A DNA stretch of 64,000 bases, taken from a virus. The position numbers and the translations under genes were made by a program. The stretch lies in the IMG/VR virus record IMGVR_UViG_3300021088_000001, positions 13,272 to 77,271 of that record. One strand, 5' to 3'. The notes beneath the pieces were generated by a model. It ran no database searches. It worked only from the letters and a program-made list of their open reading frames with translations, and was not told where the DNA came from. Shown here in pieces: positions 18,962 to 29,346 of this stretch; position 1 is the stretch's first letter, and every line of letters begins with the position of its first letter.

Positions 18962-19237
18962 TCATACACTGTCATTATTTCTCCTTAATTTGTGGCAAGC
19001 GTCTGGTAAGATGATTAAAACCTTTCCATAAAATGTCTGTGTTGCAATCTTATCCCCATCTGCATAGGGAAACCCTTGTTCATTGAGTTTACTCACAACG
19101 ACAATATCTTTGATATCATCCGCTGTATGTACATATTTCATCTCAACCCCGTTGAGAAATACTTTTGTACCGAAATACTCATCTTTCCATGACTGGAAAG
19201 CGATATCGCCTGTTGTAGTGATATTAATTTTACTCAT
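18962..19237 (-). CDS. Hypothetical protein
   Basis: GGAGG RBS; ORF in operon. Confidence 0.6.
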   Translation of the reverse strand: MSKINITTTGDIAFQSWKDEYFGTKVFLNGVEMKYVHTADDIKDIVVVSKLNEQGFPYADGDKIATQTFYGKVLIILPDACHKLRRNNDSV

Positions 19238-19702
19238 TTATTCCTCCTGTAAATACAACGTTGCATCAATCTCATGAAAAGCTGCGGAGAATATAGCAAT
19301 TAATCTCCGCTTATCTCCCCTAGCTAATCCAGCTCCTATTAATGGTAAAGCTACAGGAATGTTATTCTCCTTGGAATACTTAGCCACAGCTTGCATACAT
19401 ATTACCACAGAATCATAATCTACATACACTTTATTTTCTCTGCCATAGAATTCTTGTGTGACACATGATGCAATTACAACAGGCGAAGTTTCTGATGTGC
19501 TGAAGATTGTCTGGCCTAAGTGTAAGCGGTGCTTTTGCATAAGATAGTCTTGATAGGCATAGTTGTAGTATTTCTTCACCAGTGCAGCCACTCCAGCACC
19601 CATCACAGCTTGCGCGTTCACACCATGCGCAAGCACAACTCTCTGCCCCTTCATAGCATTGAATAAATCTCTATATTCAATTGTTAGCATTAGTAATTCC
19701 AT
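19238..19702 (-). CDS. Macrodomain (ADP-ribose binding/hydrolase) protein
   Basis: AHGVNAQAVMGAGVA and ALPLIGAGLARG motifs. Confidence 0.88.
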   Translation of the reverse strand: MELLMLTIEYRDLFNAMKGQRVVLAHGVNAQAVMGAGVAALVKKYYNYAYQDYLMQKHRLHLGQTIFSTSETSPVVIASCVTQEFYGRENKVYVDYDSVVICMQAVAKYSKENNIPVALPLIGAGLARGDKRRLIAIFSAAFHEIDATLYLQEE

Positions 19703-20252
19703 TGAAGTAGTCTAGACATTCTTTCACGAGTGCATCTGAATTCACACTGTAACAATTTCTTAATGATATCATACGGAGCTTAGTTCTGAAATGTCTGCCA
19801 AGCCTGTATGTCTTTCCAGCATACCACCCTTCCCGTGTATTCCGGCTAATAGAAGTCTTAATAGGCTGCATATTCAAAATCCTCCACAGGAAACCAGAAT
19901 CCATCGAGCCATTGTAATACTTCAGTGGGATGTCTAGTAGTATCAAGTAATGTTGCAAGACCTTTTTCTACAGCTTCAAAAGCTCCTGCAGGAATGTCAT
20001 TAGAGCGAATTGTAGCTGACAAGTCATCTTCAAAAATTAGAATGTACATTATTCCTCCTTAATAAGCATCATGCACTATTTGTCCAAAGCCTGCAACAAT
20101 AAGCATCAGGGCCACCGTAATAAATCTACCTTGCACGAGCCAATTTGATATATTGAAGTCTGCACAAATAAACGCTGCCGCTAGATAGACCAAAGCTGCT
20201 GGAACTATGCTATATAGGCCACGAGTAGGAAGTTTCATAAATATTTATCTCC

Positions 20253-20549
20253 TCAAATAAAATGTCTAGAATTATCATCGAACATAATTGCCATTGGCAT
20301 GTCATCAATCCACACATCAATACGCATTCCTTGGTCAAACATAAATTTCTGCTTAGCCTTCCTTCCTGTAAAATACATTGCATCAACTTTTGCATCTAAT
20401 GCAACTTTAACGGGCTCTGCTTCATAGCCATTACATCTCCAAGAGACAATATACACCTTGTGCCCACGGCTTCGGAATAACTTGATGAATACATCCCACG
20501 CTTCTGGATCTCGTGTATATGTGTCATCGTAGTCGAGGGAAATTATCAA
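20253..20549 (-). CDS. Small HAD-fold protein
   Basis: SLDYDDT (DxDxT), IVSWR, WIDD motifs. Confidence 0.75.
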   Translation of the reverse strand: MIISLDYDDTYTRDPEAWDVFIKLFRSRGHKVYIVSWRCNGYEAEPVKVALDAKVDAMYFTGRKAKQKFMFDQGMRIDVWIDDMPMAIMFDDNSRHFI

Positions 20550-20578
20550 TTGTACCTCCTGTTCTTTATTTAGAGTGA

Positions 20579-20607
20579 ATCATAGCTCACATTAGTATCT
20601 ATGTCAA
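20579..20607 (-). promoter_or_regulatory. Sigma70 promoter
   Basis: TTGACA-17-TATGAT. Confidence 0.75.
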
Positions 20608-20622
20608 GCATTATTTCAAAAT

Positions 20623-20650
20623 AAAAGCTCCCTATCTTTGATAGGGAGCC
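20623..20650 (-). terminator. Terminator after the RNR operon
   Basis: GCTCCCTATC..GATAGGGAGC with A-run on + strand. Confidence 0.8.
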
Positions 20651-20656
20651 GCTATT

Positions 20657-20905
20657 TTAATATTTCTTCTTCGGAGGAATAAATCCTTCCAGCTTAACGC
20701 CTCTTTCTTCAATCATAGCAATGTTACTACGTTTATTTATTGCAAAATCGCCATAGCTTCGCTTAATTGTTTCAACCAACACAGAAGGTGCTCCTGATGT
20801 ATCAATAATTCTATATACACATTGGTTAGCGCTGCGGCCTGAGACTAATGCATAAGCAATGTAGTCACCGTCTTTTACTTCTGTTCCGAACATATCTGTT
20901 ACCAT
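20657..20905 (-). CDS. Hypothetical protein (SH3-like beta fold suspected)
   Basis: DMFGTEVKDGDYIAY start motif; AAGGA RBS. Confidence 0.6.
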   Translation of the reverse strand: MVTDMFGTEVKDGDYIAYALVSGRSANQCVYRIIDTSGAPSVLVETIKRSYGDFAINKRSNIAMIEERGVKLEGFIPPKKKY

Positions 20906-20921
20906 TGAGTTCCTTGTTAAA

Positions 20922-23067
20922 TTACTTGATTGGACACATGCCACCAGCACACTCTTCTCCTCCAATAAATTCAGCACTACTAATAGAGGTTATTAGTTTA
21001 ACAGATGCCAGCAGTTGCTCATATACCTCTTTTGTAACAGCCTCAAATGGGGCCTGTTTAAATCCGTGGTCACTGTGCAGAAGGAACGACAGAGATTTAT
21101 GATTTGCCTTGTAATTCTTTGTAAGGTATTTCTTAATCTCAGGAAGTTCTTCTTTTTTATAATAAACAGTGCAAGATACAGAATTGTCACTCCAGACTTC
21201 TTGCATGTGTTTCACAGCAGCTAATTGATCTAATGCACTCATATCATTTGCCATTACTGTTCCCTCTGGATAGCTGAAGGGAAATGCTACTACTACTGTA
21301 CTCCTATCTTCTGAGCCATCGAAGTTCTGCTGATACTCGACAGGGTATCCATGGTCTCTACAAACCTGCACAAGAGGATGATCTGACATGATACGAATAC
21401 GCCTAATCATGTACTGTGAGTACGCTGGATGGATGCCGGGAGTTACGCCGGGAAGGAGAGATAGCGTTCCACTCGGCTTCACAGTAGTTAACTTTACACT
21501 AACATTCAATCCATGTTTTTCTGAGTACTCTTTGTCAAACTTACGCAACTCTACATATGCATCTTTAAGCCATCCTCGCTGCTCTTCTGAAGCTTGTAGA
21601 ATACCTGTCATACCAATACCCATGCGCATATTTTTATGCACAATAGCTTCTGTCTCCTTAGCATGGCATGAGAGGAGTAAGCTATGTTTACACACACGAT
21701 AGAGCAGTTGTATCACATCATTTAGTTCTTCCTTGGATTCTATATTAGGAAGAAATACTTCAGCTAGACAGCATGTTTCATGATTTGCCAAACCTTGTTC
21801 TGCACCTTATTTGTTACTCTGATTTATCAGGGACTAGTCATTTCTGCTAATCTCTATATGTCCCCATATAGAACGGACTGTATCATAGCAGGATCTTCTG
21901 CTTCCTTGTCAGTCTCTCGCGCCTCTATAGCTATTTACAGCCAGTGTTGCGACGGGATTATCTGTTCTAGATTTCCCCCGTAATTCGGATTATTCAAAAA
22001 GAGTTCCCTCTTTAGGCCGCTAACATTAACGGATTGTAGCCTTGCACATCTGGGTCAGGATACTCTGTCTCTCCGAGTCTTCCCATCTTCCGTGACAACT
22101 TCAAATTGATCAACCCGTAGGGTTCACCTTTACCCTCATAACCATCCCAAAAATAGTCATGAAGATCTTTGACGTCATTACATACTACAGAATTATTACT
22201 CATTGCACGCCATGAAGGAATGCTACCCATGTCCCAACGCTTAGCTAGAAGGTACTCAACATCATCAGCATCTCCAATTGCGATTTGGGCCGATCTTCGG
22301 ACGTTTCCTGCCACTACTACTGCGCCAATGATATTCATGATATCTAGGGCATCAATTGGCCTAATTTTCTTTCCTGCACGCTTCATCAGCACATCACTAA
22401 TTCTATTAATACCCCAACATAAATCTTCTGGGCCTGATGCCGTACCTCCAAAGCCTTTGATTGGAGCACCCTTACCACGGATCAATTGAGTTGAATATGA
22501 AAATGCAGGCTCTTCTTTAGTGCTGAGGAATGCAGCCTTCAATGTCTTAGCCAACAATGCAATCCATCCTTGGCGCGTGTCTGGAACAATATAATCAGCC
22601 CCTGCTTCATCAGTTCTCACTGGAGCTTTAAATTCTTGATTCACCATTGGAAGCTTGTCAACATTGACTTTTTGTAAATTGTAGCCAACGCCAGAACCTA
22701 ACATTAACATATCCATTGCCCAAGTGAAAGGCCTTACAGGCTCATCAATTACTACAAAACTACAATTTTGCAAACTTGCAAGTCCTAGACTATCCACTGT
22801 TGATGTTCCGAGTTGCCATAAGAATCTCCCAGCCACTGTTCCTTTCAGCCCTAACATATATTTGCGCAATCGGTCTTCTTCATCTTCTGTGAAGCCTACA
22901 CCTAATTGTGTATTAGATGCCTTAATAACCCGCTCTACAGTGTCTTTAAACTCTTCTGTGGGGCTGTTAATATCTTGCTCATCTAGTCGTCTTGCGTAAG
23001 TCCTCTTGTATGTCAAATAACCTACTGTAGAGAATGGCGTTACTACATCTTGTTTTTCTGTTGTCAT
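20922..23067 (-). CDS. nrdJ: Class II (B12-dependent) ribonucleotide reductase; exons 23067-22029 and 21805-20922, 640 aa when spliced
   Basis: AGNVRRSA, spliced NP-C-AE, CCLAE, TTVKPSGT, C-terminal CAGGMCPIK; no small subunit nearby. Confidence 0.92.
21806..22028 (-). mobile_element. Group I intron, 223 nt, no ORF
   Basis: 5-prime exon ends in U that pairs G in P1 (CCGU/GCGG); intron ends in G; GACT/AGTC P7-like pair; removal restores the TGT Cys codon and the frame. Confidence 0.9.
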
Positions 23068-23084
23068 AATTCCCTTTAGAAAAC

Positions 23085-23107
23085 AAAGGCCGACTGTAAG
23101 TCGGCCT
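23085..23107 (-). terminator. Terminator-like hairpin
   Basis: AGGCCGACT..AGTCGGCCT. Confidence 0.6.
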
Positions 23108-23132
23108 CATTAATCGAACTATAATTATACCA

Positions 23133-23687
23133 CTAAACCACAATATTTGCAACACTTTTCTTACGGCGCTTACCATCTGGCTCCAGAGTATTCGCCTCAT
23201 GAAATAATTTCAAACTGCCGTCATTCTTATTAGGATTCCCTCGTGCAAGAAATAACAAATCCTTAAGAATTTGAATCTGAGCAAGTATTTCTTTCTCGTC
23301 AGGATTGCACAATTCAGGAGGAAAGCCTTCTTGCAAAGAATCTCCATAGTCCCGGCTTGATGTTTGGGACAGGCCAAGTTCTTGTGCAAGGCTTAGATCT
23401 CGATAGGCTGCAGCAATAATACGGTCTTCTACAGAGGCAAAGCTGCTGCTTAGGAAAGAGTCATTGCATTCTACGCTTCCTACAAGTTGATATGAAACAA
23501 CAACCTTGCCTTGCAGAGTCCTGTGTTGACAAGCAATAAACTCAATTGGAAATTCCATATCCATTCCAATGATCTTCAGAAATGGTGCTATCAAGTCTGC
23601 ATTCTTTGGGTCAATAAAGTCTAAGGTTCTGAGATGTGACAACTCTGGAATCAACTTGAGATCTTCTACAGAGATAATCTTAGACAT
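23133..23687 (-). CDS. Hypothetical protein
   Basis: GGAGG RBS before MSKIIS. Confidence 0.7.
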   Translation of the reverse strand: MSKIISVEDLKLIPELSHLRTLDFIDPKNADLIAPFLKIIGMDMEFPIEFIACQHRTLQGKVVVSYQLVGSVECNDSFLSSSFASVEDRIIAAAYRDLSLAQELGLSQTSSRDYGDSLQEGFPPELCNPDEKEILAQIQILKDLLFLARGNPNKNDGSLKLFHEANTLEPDGKRRKKSVANIVV

Positions 23688-23688
23688 A

Positions 23689-23964
23689 TCAAGCCTCCTT
23701 CGGAAGCAAGTCACTCAAATCAAGTCCATCAAATGTTGGTGGTGTATTAGTATTAGCTCGTGCAATAGCTTCTGTTGTATTGTAGCCAAGCTCGTTAAGC
23801 ATCATTAGAAGCGCTGTGGCCGTTCCATAGAGATTCCCTGCCCCACGTAGCAACTCTTCCTTATCGTTGTCCTCAAAGGCTGTAATCGCGTCTGAGAGCA
23901 TCTCAAATGCAAGGCCAAGCTGATTGTCCACATTTTCTTCTGTTACGTGTGTTTCTTCTGTCAT
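23689..23964 (-). CDS. Small helical protein, distantly MazG/NTP-pyrophosphohydrolase-like
   Basis: AFEDNDKEELL..LGYNTTEAI pattern; catalytic acids appear eroded. Confidence 0.4.
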   Translation of the reverse strand: MTEETHVTEENVDNQLGLAFEMLSDAITAFEDNDKEELLRGAGNLYGTATALLMMLNELGYNTTEAIARANTNTPPTFDGLDLSDLLPKEA

Positions 23965-23979
23965 ATTTGTTCCTTTATA

Positions 23980-24273
23980 CTATGCGAACGTTGGAAATAT
24001 TAGTTGCTGCTGGATAAGCCAGTTCTTGAAAATTGGCATCTCATTAGCAAGATAGGGCACTCCATATTGGTAATCTTGTTTATCTTCAATATTCTTTTCA
24101 AATAGACTAAAGCCTTCATTGTCAAACATGCTACTAATACCGCCAATGTAATATTCGATTAATGTTGTCATTCCTGTATGGCTTTTTATTTCCACTCTTC
24201 CGTCAGAACGGAAGAAGGCTGTAGCCGGAAATGAATGGCCTATTTGAATTGCAGCTTGAAGAATTGTCTCCAT
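23980..24273 (-). CDS. Hypothetical protein
   Basis: ORF in operon. Confidence 0.55.
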   Translation of the reverse strand: METILQAAIQIGHSFPATAFFRSDGRVEIKSHTGMTTLIEYYIGGISSMFDNEGFSLFEKNIEDKQDYQYGVPYLANEMPIFKNWLIQQQLIFPTFA

Positions 24274-24275
24274 GA

Positions 24276-24533
24276 TTACTTCTTTGCAATAGGCTTTTTG
24301 GGTGCAGGTTTCTTTACAACAGGTTTCTTAGCCGCTGGTGTCTTTGGTTGAAACCAAATCTCCTTAGCCTTTTGCAATGCTAGGATAAAGCCATCTAATT
24401 CTTCAGCTGAGATACAAGAATCTGGAAAGCCCACTCCACCTTCATATTTCTCAATTGCATCTCCACCTTTTTCATAGATAATTTCTGTGATATCTTTATT
24501 GTCTAGTGGTCCCACTACACTAATACTTGCCAT
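24276..24533 (-). CDS. Hypothetical protein with Lys/Pro/Ala tail
   Basis: AAGGAG RBS; PAAKKPVVKKPAPKKPIAKK. Confidence 0.65.
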   Translation of the reverse strand: MASISVVGPLDNKDITEIIYEKGGDAIEKYEGGVGFPDSCISAEELDGFILALQKAKEIWFQPKTPAAKKPVVKKPAPKKPIAKK

Positions 24534-24720
24534 TTTGTTCTCCTTTAGTTATTCATCAAACAAACGATGCTTCCAACCCTCTGTTCCAAAGTAATCATCC
24601 ATATCTGTTTCATTCAGCATCTCTTCCATTTTCTCGACAATCGCAATGAATTGCTGTGCTGTGTGATCAGATAGACATTTGGTTGCACCAAGAAGTGCTA
24701 GAGCTTTGTTGTATTCTTTT

Positions 24721-25704
24721 TCAGTCATTTGTTCCTCCATATTCTCGTTCAAGCCAATCCAAACTAATAAACAATGGATCATAGCTTCCATTTCGCACAT
24801 TGTGCTTCAAGATGATTCCACGCCAGTGCTTATTTCCCTGCACTCCCTTATAATGCTCATCGTGTGGATACCCTGCTCCTGCAATCAAACCCCACTGCTG
24901 ACTTCCATCCGTAGGCAAGAACCTAGTTGTGACATCTAATGTCTGTCTATGTCCCATTGTAAATGATTTACCAATAGTTTTCAACATATTTTGTGCAGTA
25001 CCTGTCATAGCCTTTCCAGTCATGACATTAGGAAAATAATGGCAGTAATTCACACCATCGATTTCAATAGGGGTTAAGAATGGTACTGTCTCCCATCCAG
25101 CCTCTTCATACCCTAATGACTCTAAATTCAGAAAACCGTACATCTCTGGGTTCGCATCTACATGCCTGCTAATCCTGTCCTCATGATTACCATACAAAAT
25201 TATCTTCCGAGGATTGTACACACTCTCTCCTGCTGCTTTTTGTTTAGCTTGAAGTGCCTTTAGTGGAGCTAGAAGAATTTTGATAGCTTCTTTTGTACAC
25301 TCAATATCAGCTTGTATGCGCTTACCTTCAGCAGAACGTTTACCTTTATCATAGCTACTCAAACTTTCCATATCCCCAAAGTCACCAAGGTGAACAATAA
25401 CATCAGGTCGTTTACGCACAATGTACATGCCAATCCAATGAAGGAAGTCTAGTTTTATTCCCGGCCTAACTTGGCTGTCTGGAATTACTAGGTGAGTAAC
25501 ACCTTTCTCTTGCTTAGGAGTAGTGATAGACTGCACAACCTCCTCATTAGCAGCTTCTTCCTTCATCTTAAAATACTCACGCAAAAAATCCGACACAGTA
25601 CTTCGGGGCATCTTAAGAAGCTTAGCAATCTGCCTCCAGCTAGGAACACCTGTCTTCGCTAAAGTTATTGCATCATTTTGCCATTCTTTGTATTCATTTT
25701 GCAA
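24721..25704 (-). CDS. Calcineurin-like metallophosphoesterase with N-terminal HTH
   Basis: IPDSQ, HLGDFGD, GNHE, MGH motifs; SWRQIAKLLKMPRSTVSDFL. Confidence 0.88.
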   Translation of the reverse strand: MQNEYKEWQNDAITLAKTGVPSWRQIAKLLKMPRSTVSDFLREYFKMKEEAANEEVVQSITTPKQEKGVTHLVIPDSQVRPGIKLDFLHWIGMYIVRKRPDVIVHLGDFGDMESLSSYDKGKRSAEGKRIQADIECTKEAIKILLAPLKALQAKQKAAGESVYNPRKIILYGNHEDRISRHVDANPEMYGFLNLESLGYEEAGWETVPFLTPIEIDGVNYCHYFPNVMTGKAMTGTAQNMLKTIGKSFTMGHRQTLDVTTRFLPTDGSQQWGLIAGAGYPHDEHYKGVQGNKHWRGIILKHNVRNGSYDPLFISLDWLEREYGGTND

Positions 25705-25716
25705 TGTTGGCTCCTT

Positions 25717-26373
25717 TTAGTTAGAATCCTTCAGCTTACAATATTCTTGATAGACTTTCTCTTTAGCTTGTGAAATCTCAACAATCTGGTTTTCAAGTCT
25801 GTCATATTCAGTTGACAGTGCGTTGAGTTTATGCTTCTTTTCCTGCGCGGCTTCAACCTCAAAGTCTACATATTTCCAGATAAGCTCGTCATAGCCAACA
25901 ATTTCACTATTCAGTAGGCGAGAATTGTACCTGACTTTGTAAACTTCAACAATATTACTTTGAGACGTATTGGTCACATCAAATGTAATACTATTCCAGT
26001 CCACATAGCTAGTATAGAACAATTGCAAACCACTCCAAGGCGAATCTTCTTGTACACTATGTAATATAACTCCAACATCACCTTTTGCAGTCTTCACTCT
26101 CATACCATATTTCAAATCATCAGTCCCGAAATGAATTTTATTTCCATTGGTGTCTACTCCATTAGGAGGAGGGCACATTTCATATTCTTCGCTATTGAGC
26201 CATTTACATACTTTTGCAACAGGATAATCCATATGGCGCAGGAAATTCTCGCTGCCAGCTTGCCATGTACAAAATACACGCCCATTATCTGTGTTAGCCC
26301 TAGTTACTGTATTTGTATTTAGATTCTTAAACTTGAATTCCTTCGGCAAATTCTCTTCCGTGTAAACCATCAA
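25717..26373 (-). CDS. Hypothetical protein
   Basis: 218-aa ORF with GGAG RBS. Confidence 0.65.
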   Translation of the reverse strand: MMVYTEENLPKEFKFKNLNTNTVTRANTDNGRVFCTWQAGSENFLRHMDYPVAKVCKWLNSEEYEMCPPPNGVDTNGNKIHFGTDDLKYGMRVKTAKGDVGVILHSVQEDSPWSGLQLFYTSYVDWNSITFDVTNTSQSNIVEVYKVRYNSRLLNSEIVGYDELIWKYVDFEVEAAQEKKHKLNALSTEYDRLENQIVEISQAKEKVYQEYCKLKDSN

Positions 26374-26918
26374 TTCTCTCCTTTTAATATTTTAGTCACT
26401 AAGGCTTTCCTTTTAGCTATGTTGCTTACTGATGTTTCACTATAGCCATGTTTAGCTAGAAAGTCAAGCAAATCTTTTGATTTCATTAAAGAAATTATCT
26501 CTTTCTCGATCCTAGCTTCTTCAAAGCTACTTCCTATTTTTTGACTGTGGCTTACAATTTTGTGACAAGGTTTACACACTAGCCTAAGAGACTCAAAATC
26601 CACTAAGAATAAGTGCGCTATATATTTCTCTACGTCAGAGAGTCCTCTAAAAGTTCCTGCATCCCCTTTATGGTCAACTTCTAATTCGCTCTGTGCAAAA
26701 TCTTTGTGGCATATTTCACACTCTCCTCCCCATACCTCTGGGAATCTTTTTCTGGAATCCGCTTTAGGGTTAGTAATGCGCTTTCTGTGATTCTTAATAT
26801 ATTCTAGCTTGACAGGGTGTTTGGACCAACCTTTGCGCAACACTCCGCGCACCCAACTCCAGAAAGCAGCTTCAGTTTTCCAAGGAACTCCTTCTACTTT
26901 CCATGGCTCTTTATTCAT
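26370..26918 (-). CDS. HNH-family endonuclease of the replication cluster
   Basis: CEIC..EVDH..LVCKPCH. Confidence 0.8.
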   Translation of the reverse strand: MNKEPWKVEGVPWKTEAAFWSWVRGVLRKGWSKHPVKLEYIKNHRKRITNPKADSRKRFPEVWGGECEICHKDFAQSELEVDHKGDAGTFRGLSDVEKYIAHLFLVDFESLRLVCKPCHKIVSHSQKIGSSFEEARIEKEIISLMKSKDLLDFLAKHGYSETSVSNIAKRKALVTKILKGEN

Positions 26919-27981
26919 GAGAGATTCCCATCTTAGTTAACACATCTTTTAAATCAACAGAATCATCTTTCCATCTAAGCATTCTCGCTAATTGGAACAT
27001 CTCATTCATTACAAAATACCAATTTATTTTAACTTCTCCTTTGCAGCCAGTGATGACTTTTGGTTCTGGGTACATTCGTTTGAATACTCTGACCATCGCC
27101 TCAAACGCCTGCTTGTCGTTGGTGCAATCCTTGAGGTCTTTATAAGCTGCTTTTTCGCCATATGTAACATCACTAAAACAATTAGCTTTATAATTATCTG
27201 CTTGGTCGCCAGATAACATTTGCCAATATAGAAATACACGTCCGCCACCGTCTACATCTCCTTTTTCATCAAGCCACAAACTACCAAATCCTTCAATAAG
27301 ATATGGACCGTCATCTTTACTTATATTATACAGCCAGCCTTCAACTTGTTTCATATCTTTATCAACTCCACAAGCAATTACCATATCCTTATCATCTCTA
27401 GACTTCTTCCACTTCTTATAGCCTTCAACAGTGGCAATGCTTACTACATCATCGGCCTCCAAATAAGTAACCATCTCACAGTGATGCCTATCAATCACAT
27501 ACTGCTTCAACTCGCTAAGCAACAAAGGGCGCATAGTAGATCTCTGCCCCTTGTATGGAAGTAAAGTAGCCAACTCAGTTCTAAATGTGTCACCTGTACC
27601 TGTGTATCCGAAATAATCATAACAATTAAGTTTCTCACAAATATCACTAATCTTCTTGTCGATAATATTCTTAGCACAACTTAGCGCAGAGAATGGCTTG
27701 ACATTAGATCCACCATAGCCCTTGGTAACTGTGAACTCTTTCAAACGTTGACCATCCACTATCTCAAAGTCATCAGCTTTGTACACAACACTACCAAGTA
27801 GCTCATTCTGTGCTGCAATAAATCCTCCATCCTTCTTTCGCCACGAGCCATACAGCTCAGTACGATTAGCAAGTTCCATCACTTTTCCAGTTGGCACATG
27901 CATAGCTGTTATGAATCTGTCCTCTACTGCAGAGGCTGCATCATACAAAATTGAGTCGATATCGAATACCAAGCGTGTCAT
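26911..27981 (-). CDS. 5-prime to 3-prime exonuclease (T7 gp6-like)
   Basis: DIDS, YKGQR, EADD, DKDMKQ, GDQADN motifs. Confidence 0.9.
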   Translation of the reverse strand: MTRLVFDIDSILYDAASAVEDRFITAMHVPTGKVMELANRTELYGSWRKKDGGFIAAQNELLGSVVYKADDFEIVDGQRLKEFTVTKGYGGSNVKPFSALSCAKNIIDKKISDICEKLNCYDYFGYTGTGDTFRTELATLLPYKGQRSTMRPLLLSELKQYVIDRHHCEMVTYLEADDVVSIATVEGYKKWKKSRDDKDMVIACGVDKDMKQVEGWLYNISKDDGPYLIEGFGSLWLDEKGDVDGGGRVFLYWQMLSGDQADNYKANCFSDVTYGEKAAYKDLKDCTNDKQAFEAMVRVFKRMYPEPKVITGCKGEVKINWYFVMNEMFQLARMLRWKDDSVDLKDVLTKMGISHE

Positions 27982-28184
27982 TTAACTTCCTTCAAGACAC
28001 CGACAGCATATCCCTTATTATCCCAAAAATAATCAAAACTTCCGTGGTCAATATCGCATGGAGTGTCAATGAAGTAGGATTGAAGGTACTGGCTAGGCTC
28101 CGATGTATATCTATAGCACTCTAATCGCTTAGGGCACTCAACACTCTGGCATTTACTGATGTCAGGCATATGTATTCCTTTCAA
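27978..28184 (-). CDS. Small Cys-rich hypothetical protein
   Basis: DISKC..CP..CYRY..QSYF. Confidence 0.65.
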   Translation of the reverse strand: MKGIHMPDISKCQSVECPKRLECYRYTSEPSQYLQSYFIDTPCDIDHGSFDYFWDNKGYAVGVLKEVK

Positions 28185-28190
28185 AAGAAA

Positions 28191-28217
28191 TGCCCGTTAC
28201 CCTTACGAGTAACGGGC
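28191..28217 (-). terminator. Terminator hairpin after the SSB-like gene
   Basis: GCCCGTTAC..GTAACGGGC. Confidence 0.7.
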
Positions 28218-28240
28218 TGTAAATTATTTACTATTCAATA

Positions 28241-29275
28241 TCAAAACGGCGCTTCGCTAAGATCCTCTTCTTCGACAACAGCAGGCTTCTTACTCTCCAC
28301 TTTCTTCTCTACACTCTTAGCAGGCTTAACACTACCGCCAAATGCTTCAGGATGCTTATCCTTAATCTCATTGAGGTCTTTATCATTCTCAATATTCTTC
28401 TGATGAATTTCCTTAGCTTTTTCAATAAGTTCTTTCTCGTCCATTCGTTCTTGAATGGCTTCTTGCATCTTAGTGCCAGCATAGTCGTCAGCCAACACAA
28501 TCTTCCGCAAATCAGCCAAACGAATCAAATCAAACTTAGCAACATTCCCGAGTTCTTCCTTGACTTCCAGCAGGTCTTCATCATCGAACCCAATTGAAAT
28601 AGCAGGAATAAGAGCTTCTGGAGCATTCATACCCTTCATCAAAGGTACTGGTGATTTAAGCTTGACATTGACATATTTATTATCTTCTTTTGTAGTCTCA
28701 GTAACTTCTACATTGTACATGAATGGCTTGCCAAGCAACAAATCAATGTTGTTGTGATTAGGATTCTTGTAATCAGCTTTAAAAATTTTATCTGAAAGCT
28801 TATTTCCTGATTCGTCTTTAGCGCTATCTGCAATCTTCTTCCAGATAGAAGTAGAAGCAAGACTCCAAGGTTTTCCCTTGATATACTCACCATCTGGTGT
28901 ACGAGGAGCCACTGTGACAAAGTTAACACCTTCACTCACTCCGCGCATCACTTGATGCAATGGCAAGCGAATATTCTTGACACCAATGTCACCTTCATAG
29001 TCGTGCGTCTGTGTAAGCAAGTCTACATACACTCCAACACGTTGCTCAAGGTCTTTTCCTTCTTTGGGAAAGAGAATCTTGTCATTTCCATCTTCATCTT
29101 GTTCCCGTTTTCCATTAGAATCTTTTGCAAACTTTGGCAGCTTCTTGTGCATTCCTAGATTGACAAGCAAGCCTACGTGCACTGGCTGCAGGCCATCTTC
29201 TGGAGTGATTGTTACGAATGGTTTACGATCTGCTGGATCTGTTTCTGGTCTATTTGACTTCGGTGTAAATGCCAT
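28241..29275 (-). CDS. Probable single-stranded DNA-binding protein
   Basis: Replication context; LLGKPFM beta motif; acidic tail ending EEEDLSEAPF. Confidence 0.6.
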   Translation of the reverse strand: MAFTPKSNRPETDPADRKPFVTITPEDGLQPVHVGLLVNLGMHKKLPKFAKDSNGKREQDEDGNDKILFPKEGKDLEQRVGVYVDLLTQTHDYEGDIGVKNIRLPLHQVMRGVSEGVNFVTVAPRTPDGEYIKGKPWSLASTSIWKKIADSAKDESGNKLSDKIFKADYKNPNHNNIDLLLGKPFMYNVEVTETTKEDNKYVNVKLKSPVPLMKGMNAPEALIPAISIGFDDEDLLEVKEELGNVAKFDLIRLADLRKIVLADDYAGTKMQEAIQERMDEKELIEKAKEIHQKNIENDKDLNEIKDKHPEAFGGSVKPAKSVEKKVESKKPAVVEEEDLSEAPF

Positions 29276-29346
29276 AGTGTTTTCCTTTATGTTAGTGTGC
29301 ATAATCAGCACGGATGTTATTGTCGTTGGACAATGTTGAATTTAAA

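Noticed and set aside
21780-22030. RNR break read as a pseudogene, intein or sequencing error
   Set aside because: Group I splice-site features restore the exact catalytic motif; an intein would keep the frame open
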